This document shows positions 55,775 to 64,000 of a DNA stretch of 64,000 nucleotides, piece by piece. Position numbers and translations under genes: made by a program. This DNA is from Eledone cirrhosa (Eukaryota), in NCBI GenBank assembly GCA_964016885.1, contig OZ024742.1, positions 281,790,001-281,854,000 on the forward strand. The letters are read 5' to 3'. Within the stretch, counting starts at the first letter, position 1. The number at the start of each line of letters is the position of its first letter. Below the pieces are notes generated by a model. The model had not been told where the DNA came from. It did not search any database and was given only the letters and a program-made list of their open reading frames with translations.

Positions 55775-56245
55775 TGTACACACAAACATACACACACACA
55801 CAAACGCATACATACACATGCACAAACACACACATACACAAAACACACACACACACACACACAAACGCACACACGCACACATACGCACAAACGCACACAC
55901 ACACATACATACACACACGCAAACACACACACACACAACCACACACACACTCACAAACGCACACATACACACACAAACATACCACACACAAACACACATA
56001 CGTACACAAAAACACACACACACTCACAAACGCACACGTACACACGCAAACATACACACACAACCACACACACGTACACACAAACGCACACGCAAACGCA
56101 CACATAGCTACACATATACACACACACAAACACACGTACAAACACAAATGGACACAAACACACAAACGCACACACACACACAAACACACACACACACAAG
56201 CATACACACACACAAGCACACACACACACACACATACACACACAA
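55775..56245. repeat. Degenerate (CA)n array
   Basis: Directly visible. Confidence 0.9.
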
Positions 56246-56405
56246 TAGCAACAACGCACGCCATGCAGTAAGAAATCACACTTGAAAACACGATGACCGT
56301 GTGTGGGTTTGTGTGTGAGCATGTATGTGTGTTGCGTACGGTTAGTTGTATTTAAGTGTGTGTGTGTGCATCCTACTGTTGATACCATTACTACTGCTAC
56401 TACAA

Positions 56406-56471
<66 letters not shown>

Positions 56472-56477
56472 AAGCAA

Positions 56478-56510
<33 letters not shown>

Positions 56511-56658
56511 TAGTCGCAGCAGCAGCAGCAGCAACAGCAGCAACAGCAGCAACAGCAGCAACAACAGCAACAGCAATAGTAGTAGTAGTAGTAGCAGTAG
56601 TACTAGTAGTAGTAGTAGTAGTAGTAGTTAATAATTATTATTTATTTATTGTGGTTAA

Positions 56659-56841
56659 TAATAATTGTTTCTACTTTTGGCACAAGGCCAGCAATTATAC
56701 CCAGTGTATTACTGGTACTTTCGACCCCGTAAGGATGAAAGGCAAAGTTAACCTCGGTGGGATTTGAACTCAGACCATAAAGGGCCGTAACTCTATGCTG
56801 CAAAGTATGGCGTCCGACCCTCTACCGATACTGCCAATCCA
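56659..56841 (-). mobile_element. tRNA-derived SINE (family A)
   Basis: Similarity to other copies. Confidence 0.85.
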
Positions 56842-57011
56842 ATGGCAATAATAATAATGGTCTCACTTATTGCCACAAGTGCGCCGGATGGGGAGAAGGG
56901 GTGAGGAACATTATGAGGGAGGAGAAATTACAAACCAGTGTGACGGAGGGGGAGGAGGGGGAGATATAAGAGAGGGTTTCGTATATAAAGAAGCGTAGAA
57001 AACAGATAAAT

Positions 57012-57510
57012 GACAAAACTATATAAATAATAAAACTAAATAAATAATAAAACTATATAAATAATAAAACTATATAAATAAACTATATAAATAACAAAAC
57101 TATAGAAATAATTGTTTCTACTTTTGGCACAAGGCCAGCAATTATTCCAGTGCATTACTGGTACTTTATTTTATCGACCCCATAAGAATGAAAGGCAACG
57201 TTAACCTCGGCGGGATTTAAACTCAGATCGTAAAGGCCCGTAACTCCATGCTGCAAAGCATGGCGTCCAAGCTTCTACCGATACTGCCAATCCACCGCCC
57301 TTTATATACGAAACTAATAATAAAACTATATCAATAATAAAACTATATATATCACAAAACTATATAAAATAATAAAACTATATAAAATAATAAAACTATA
57401 TAAATAATAAAACTGTATAAATAATAAAACTATATAAATAATAAAACTATATAAAACAATAAAACTATATAAATAATAAAACTATATAAATAACAAAACT
57501 ATACAAAATA
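57012..57510. repeat. 16-17-bp minisatellite (aataataaaactatata) with a SINE inserted
   Basis: Directly visible tandem units. Confidence 0.85.
57108..57301 (-). mobile_element. tRNA-derived SINE (family A)
   Basis: Similarity to other copies. Confidence 0.85.
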
Positions 57511-58064
57511 ACCAATCTAGAATGAATAATAACAAACAAGCTTACAATAAAATACAGACGAAAATATAAGAACACAAAAGGAACGCTGAGTCTCTTTAGA
57601 AAATAACATATTTCGAAGAGTGATACATCCTTGATGATATTGAAATGGAGAAAATCTAATTTTCATTAAAACCTAATTAATTTTGACGAAATCGTAAATA
57701 ACAATCATAACGTAACAGACACTGAAATAAAATAAAAATAACCACAGGAATTCAACAAATTATAATTTGATTTTTTTTAGAACAATAAGTGAATTGAAAA
57801 GAAAAAGTATTTCTAAATTATTCAATTTTAATTATTACTCTTCTACTTCTATAATATTTGCTGTTAATCAACTCACGATGAAGTAATATTTCCATTGATA
57901 TATATATTTTGGGGGTTATTTGTTTATTTTTGTTTTATTTATTTTTTACTTTTTTGTTTTTGTTTGGTCTGGTTTTGTTTTCTAATGAGTATAGATAATA
58001 TAATCATTGAGGAGTGAGTTAACGTTCTCTCATTCTCTCATATCTCTTCATAGATTGTGAGGGC

Positions 58065-58140
<76 letters not shown>

Positions 58141-58147
58141 TATATAT

Positions 58148-58785
58148 ATATAAGTATCTATACGTACATACATATATGTATACGGATGTACGGTAGTATG
58201 TATATATATATACATGCACACATATATATATATGTACGTATGGATTCACCGAAAATTTATTATAATGCTCGGTGTGATTGTAAACACACCGAGCATTATA
58301 ATAAATGTTCGGTGAATCCATACGTACATATATATATATGTGCATGTATGTATATATATATACATACTACGGTACGTTCGTATACATATATGTATGTACG
58401 TATAGATACTTATATTTAAGTAACAGCCGTACTAAGAGTGGGAAATGAAATTTCGTTTCATTTTTTCCATTTATCGTTTTCGGTGCACCCGGCCAATTAA
58501 CCCACTCGATATGCAAATTGGGCTACTCAGCCGTTAATATGCATAAGGAAAGTATATACTTTCAGACGTTCAATCATCGAGCAGGAAGGTATACGTTGCT
58601 GACGATAGCTAATAAGCTTGAAACTAGTACAGCGTTCCTTTGTCAGTGTTGAAACGGCTTGAGCTCTCCCGTCGGGGTCTTGAACATTTTCCTATTGCCC
58701 ACTCTACTACCCTAAGTATTGAGTACACTGGTGCGTTATGGTCCACCTGGTTCCTTACCACACCTCCTTCGTTATATATATATAT
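58148..58785 (+). mobile_element. Hammerhead-bearing non-autonomous element with a 5' fold-back (same family as 62.7-63.9 kb)
   Basis: Hairpin 58148-58415 centred near 58280; body homologous to 63464-63715; flanked by (TA)n. Confidence 0.85.
58594..58634 (+). ncRNA. Minimal type I hammerhead ribozyme
   Basis: cgttg-CTGACGA-tagc-taataa-gctt-GAAA-ctag-TA-cagcg; palindromic stem III ACTAGT. Confidence 0.8.
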
Positions 58786-59184
58786 ATTGTAGCTACTAGT
58801 CTGCAATGGTGGAGATATAAAAGGTCTTTAAAGGGGTTAATAGTTAAGGAATGATACTGGAGGAGACAAATGGTGGAGAGGGGTGCAGCAGTAGTGAGGA
58901 TAGAGGTTGGGGCTCATGGATGGGTCCGGTTTTATTACATACTTCTGGCCGGGTCTTCATCATCACAGTATAGCGCAACACCTCTTGATCCTTTGTCATC
59001 TCAATTGTGAGACTTAATCTCTTAAGTTCGCTCGATATATCATATCATGTCAAAATGAAGCAGTGACTTCGATGTTTCGGCTGTAATCCATTTCTCATGA
59101 CTGTTAGGCAGAAGAGATGGATTATAACTTCAAAATTACTGTGACTTTTTTTCTATAAAAATAATGGTTTACGCTGTTATATAT

Positions 59185-59325
59185 CGCTAGAACGTCGGCT
59201 ACAATGCTTTGCAATGTGCGTCCCGGCTTACTGCTCTCACTGTTCAAATCCCACCGAGGCCAACTTTGCCTTTCATCAATTCCAGGTCGATAGAAAAAAA
59301 GTACCAGTCAAGTACTGGGACCGAT
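59185..59325 (+). mobile_element. Diverged family A SINE
   Basis: gttcaaatcccaccgaggccaactttgcctttcatc..gtaccagt. Confidence 0.7.
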
Positions 59326-59704
59326 TCTTCCTCTATATCTCTTTCTCACTTTCATTTGAACACCCTCTGTCCTTCTCTGGACGAAATCTATTGTATTCAA
59401 ACCTAGAGAGGGATGGGTGTCACTAGGTTTTAAAATGCCTTAGAAACGCCGCATGTCAGTGTGGCGCCCCTAGGAATTTCTCAGGTGTTACGAGACCTTG
59501 CATGCATGCATATTTATTGACTACACACTAAATTAATATTTGACTGTGTCTATGTATGTTTATACATAAGCCACCTCCATAATATATACATGTGTGCGTG
59601 TGCGTGTGTCTTTGCGTGTGTCTGCGTCTGGGTATATATATATGTATATATAATGAATAAAATAACAGGAGGCTGGACTGGTGTAAATCCTTGAAAAGTT
59701 TATT

Positions 59705-59762
59705 ATACTATGATCATTTCAATGACCGGGTTCCGTAGGAATCCGGTGATATCATCAGGTAT
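59705..59762 (-). ncRNA. Type I hammerhead ribozyme
   Basis: Reverse complement: atac-CTGATGA-tatcaccggattcctacggaacccggtcatt-GAAA-tgatca-TA-gtat; long stem II, palindromic stem III. Confidence 0.8.
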
Positions 59763-60910
59763 TCTAAATATAACAAAGGAATATATAAAATTCCATGGGT
59801 CCGAAAATCAGAGACAGAGATAGAGAGGAAGACTGACCAACTGGCTGTTTTCACCTAGGTCAGTCGCCCTCAAGTGATGGCTATTCGACCATCTGGTGAA
59901 GGGGCGAAGGCTTATAATGTACTACCACATCTCCGTCAGAGAATAAAAAAAGAGAAGAAAGAAAGAAGAAAAGTCAGTGTAAGGGTCACACTACAGTCAG
60001 GCAAGAAAACGCCGCGAAAAATGTTATTCCAAAGAACCTATATTTTAACAAAGGCATATATAATGGGTGTCTGTATGGTCAAATGTGTGAACAGAAAATT
60101 GGAACGGTAACCTATGTTAAGAGTTAAAGGATGAAATTAAGAGTCAAAAGAAATTTTAAATGATTAGAAAATGAATAGAAAATTAAAGGTTTGGGTTGCG
60201 GGATTTATTTAATGAAACTACAGAGAGAGTCTTATATGAAAAATTTAAGTGTATTATTGAGAATCCCTATAAGTTATCAAGGTGGGATATAGAGTAAAGA
60301 TTAAAGCCTACGATTGTAAATCCCAGCCAGCACCTCCTAACCACGTGTCAGCCAGTTTCGAGTGGTATCGTCTAGCAAAAGAAATGGAAATTAATTGTTC
60401 CGAGTACTCTAGGAACGCGACTGCCATAGGCTTCGGGTGTGCCGGCGGGAAGTCTACCATCTTCGACAGGCCATCGTCTATACCAAACGAATACTATTAA
60501 TTCACACAGGAGGGGTTTATTTACGTGCTAGTAGAGGAAGGCATGATACAGCTAACAGTTATGCCTAAGCCCAGAGTTTATAGGTATAAGTATAATATGG
60601 CGGTCAAAACAGGCGGCGCGGCGGGCCCCGGGGCAAATCCGACCGTTCCGAGTAATTTCATTTACCGAAAGAGGGGAAATTTATTTTTCCAAGCACTCAA
60701 GCAAGGCTAAACTTTCCGAGCGCCGGGCGCACAACCGGGAAAGCCACCACATTAGTCGAAAGTGGTAAAACCCAATGAAAATAGACTATAATTATTTTTA
60801 AGTCCCAGTTAGTCCGGGTTATAAGTAGTGTGGTTCTTTGCTGGGTATATATATATATATATGTATAAAACCTTTTGTACAGCCGACCATGTTATTTTTC
60901 ATTCTCTCAC

Positions 60911-60943
<33 letters not shown>

Positions 60944-61293
60944 TTGTATATATATATATATATTTATATATGGATGAAACGAAGGCTGTATGGTTACTGA
61001 TAACGGGTATTAGAAAGTAAGGAGACAAAAAGAAGAGGTGAACAGTCTCCCTTCGTCAGTAGTTAACCACGAGTCACGGATGTTTCGGCGCATTATTAAC
61101 TATACATCTAACCGTAGCACGCCTATAGCCTTTTATCTATCAAAAGGCCATAAGGGAGGGAAAGAAAAGAAGAAAGAGGGAAGAAAAAAGGAAAAAAGGA
61201 TAAAAGGAAAAAAAAAACCTACCGATAGTAGAGGGAGAATACGGACAATGGAACATGTAAGCAAGTAACCGAGAGAATGGAGATCAAGTTATA

Positions 61294-61324
<31 letters not shown>

Positions 61325-61574
61325 CAAATCCCTTATCATACTGAAATACATAGTGACGTCCATGTTTAGCCGAAACACACTCGCCATGTAGAAACATCTG
61401 CTATGTAATTTATTTCTGATTTATTTTACAATTTTGAATAGTACTCTCTGATGAGGCGTTCGGTACCAGCTAATGTTTGGGAATTGATGGGGTTGTGCAA
61501 CGTATGCTTACTTCGTAAGTGCTTCCCCATCGGCAGATTGTGTCTCTAGTGTAATGATAGACTGTTTGCAATGT

Positions 61575-61740
61575 AACAAAATCCAGGCATTTACGAAAGA
61601 GTTCATCAATATATTCAGCGAGTGAGATTTAAATATCACAGCAGATAAGACTGGAAGAATACATAATGTCTTAAATACAAGCATCGATTTAGATACTGGA
61701 GAATACTGCCCTTATAATATACCTAATGGACAATAGATGA
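61575..61740 (+). pseudogene. PLE RT (thumb region) fragment
   Basis: KEFINIFSE*DLNITADKTGRIHNVLNTSIDLDTGEYCPYNIPNG parallels KFFKNIDLSIVFEENLKIVNFLDVTLNLNSRLFQPYHKPN of the 1.2-kb PLE. Confidence 0.55.
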
Positions 61741-62663
61741 AACTGAGCTGTTCCATTTTATAATGGTGGCTTCAAATTACAATTCATAGAAAACGGCACT
61801 AATATTCATAAGCGCAAAAATAAGAATCGATATTTATGGTATAGATTGAATGTTAGTTTCAGTGTTGCCAGAAGTTTAGTAAACCTCATAAAGAAGAATT
61901 TCTTGCACCCAATATATATTACAGAATATTCGATATAAACAGCGTTAAGATGATTTACAACTGCACCAATACAGTTGCTTCCATAATCTGTGTAAACAGA
62001 AAAACTATCAATACTTACAGGCAAAATTCTCCGCTTCCGTGTAATTACAACCACACTAATACCAGCCATTTGAACGTATATATCCTTCTCAAGCATTCAT
62101 TGAGCTAAATTCTACCTTGAAAACAGCAGTGAAACATATATAGGACTTAATGAACATCCCCTGCTGATTCAGAAATATTGTTTGTTTGTGGGTATATGTG
62201 TGTAACACAGAGAGAGATAGTGAGAAAGGAATAGAGTAAAACAGAATTAAGAGAGAGAAACAGATAAGACAAAATGAATATCAAATAGAAAAGTAGGAGG
62301 CAGTGTGAATAATAGACAGGAATTAAGAGAGAGAAGGGTAGTAAAGACTGAAGAAAAGCCGAGAAAATTTGACTTCCCGTAATGACGACATACTTTAGTG
62401 CCTACGAACACACCTTTTCAACACTCTGTGTTTGTTAATTCTTTCACTACACCATCACCATTACATACTTCAGTGTTTTTCCATATCTATTTTTCATTTG
62501 ATAGTACCTCACCTCATAAACAGTGAATCTGTTATTTTTATTATATGTATTATGTTGGTGAGAATTTTGACGACAACACGGCAAATTGCAGAAAGATTTG
62601 TTGAGAAATGGCAACGTTAATTTTATGATAGAAATATTCGCATCTGCTTCATATATATATATA

Positions 62664-62741
<78 letters not shown>

Positions 62742-62891
62742 GAAAAGAATGTATGTATACGTACATATATATATATGTGGAAAATATAAGTATGTATACG
62801 TACATACATATATGTGTAGAGACGCACAGTAGCATGTATATATATACATACATGCACACATATATATATTTGTTCAACACTGACACAGGAA

Positions 62892-62932
62892 CGATGTACT
62901 AGTTTCAAGCTTATTAGCTATCATCAGCATCG
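62892..62932 (-). ncRNA. Minimal type I hammerhead ribozyme
   Basis: Reverse complement: cgatg-CTGATGA-tagc-taataa-gctt-GAAA-ctag-TA-catcg; perfect 5-bp stem I. Confidence 0.85.
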
Positions 62933-63326
62933 TATTCCTTTCTGTCAGATGATTGAACGTCTGAAAGTATATACTTTCCTTATGCATATTAACGGCTGAG
63001 AAGCCTAATTTGCATATCGAGTGGGTTAGTCGGCCGGGCATACCGAAAACGATAAATGGAAAAGAATGAGACGAAATTTCATTTCTCACTCTTAGTACGG
63101 TTGATACCTAAATATAAGTATGTATACGTATATACATATATGTGTACAGACGCACAGTAGTATGTATATATGCATACATGCATACATGCACACGTATAAT
63201 TATGTACGTATGGGTTTACCGAACATTTATTATAATGTTCGGTTTGTTTGTAAACAAACAGCCTGAATTACACCGTACAGTGCTCGGCAACCATCGTCGC
63301 CCTTTTGTTCAACACTGACAAAGGAA

Positions 63327-63367
63327 CGATGTACTAGTTTCAAGTTTATTAGCTATCGTCAGCACCG
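63327..63367 (-). ncRNA. Minimal type I hammerhead ribozyme
   Basis: Reverse complement: cggtg-CTGACGA-tagc-taataa-actt-GAAA-ctag-TA-catcg; one additional stem II mismatch. Confidence 0.72.
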
Positions 63368-63655
63368 TATACCTTTCTGTCAGATGATTGAACGTCTGAA
63401 AGTATATAATTTCCTTATGCATATTAACGGCTGAGCAGCCTAATTTGCATATCGAGTGAGTTATACATACTTATATTTAGGTATCAGCCGTACTAAGAAT
63501 GAGAAATGAAATTTCGTTTCATTATTTTCCATTTATCTTTTTCGATACGCCCGGCCGACTAACTCACTCGATATGCAAATTAGGCTGCTCAGCCGTTAAT
63601 ATGCATAAGGAAAGTATATACTTTCAGTCGTTCGATCATCTGACAAAAAGGTATA

Positions 63656-63696
63656 CGATGCTGACGATAGCTAATAAGCTTGAAACTAGTACAGCG
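63656..63696 (+). ncRNA. Minimal type I hammerhead ribozyme
   Basis: cgatg-CTGACGA-tagc-taataa-gctt-GAAA-ctag-TA-cagcg; one stem I mismatch. Confidence 0.75.
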
Positions 63697-63897
63697 TTCC
63701 TTTGTCAGTGTTGAACAAAAGGGCGACGATTGTTGCAGAGCACTGTACGGCATAATTCGGGCTGTTTGTTTACAAACAACCCGAACATTATAATAAATGT
63801 TCGGTAAACCCATACGTACATATATATATATATATGTGTGCATGTATGTATATATATACATAATACTGTGCGTCTGTTCACATATTTGTATGTACGT

Positions 63898-63957
<60 letters not shown>

Positions 63958-64000
63958 ATATATATATTATATATATATATATATATATATTTATATTTAT

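Larger units (their letters stand above)
62740..63905. mobile_element. Retrozyme-like array: 435-nt hammerhead-containing unit, tandem on the minus strand and then inverted
   Basis: tgttcaacactgac recurs at 62871 and 63306; strand switch near 63463; plus-strand unit 63464-63900. Confidence 0.88.

Noticed and set aside
61020-61095. Type II hammerhead on the minus strand (GAAAC...CTGACGAAG)
   Set aside because: No valid UH triplet or closable stems.

Overview
Gene-poor, AT-rich, microsatellite-saturated animal DNA. The SINE family and repeat landscape suggest a cephalopod such as Octopus, which is an inference. No host protein-coding gene can be supported; most ORF-track entries are translations of (TA)n, (CA)n or (GA)n tracts. 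The window is a mosaic of mobile elements: a decayed Penelope-like element (RT plus GIY-YIG, Naiad-like motifs) at about 0.1-4.1 kb; a near full-length, decayed L1/Tx1-type LINE on the minus strand (26.1-31.7 kb); fragments of CRE, RTE, R4/Dong and mariner elements; a non-autonomous Helitron; and about 18 copies of one tRNA-derived SINE. The most notable signal is non-coding. At least 9 minimal type I hammerhead ribozyme motifs with an intact CUGANGA/GAAA/UH core, plus several relics, sit in small elements inserted into (TA)n tracts. These elements form long fold-back palindromes or tandem units, including a 435-nt tandem/inverted retrozyme-like family (58.1-58.8 and 62.7-63.9 kb). They look like a set of non-autonomous, ribozyme-bearing Penelope satellites built by self-primed fold-back synthesis. 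All alignments and folds were done by eye, so coordinates are approximate to a few bases.
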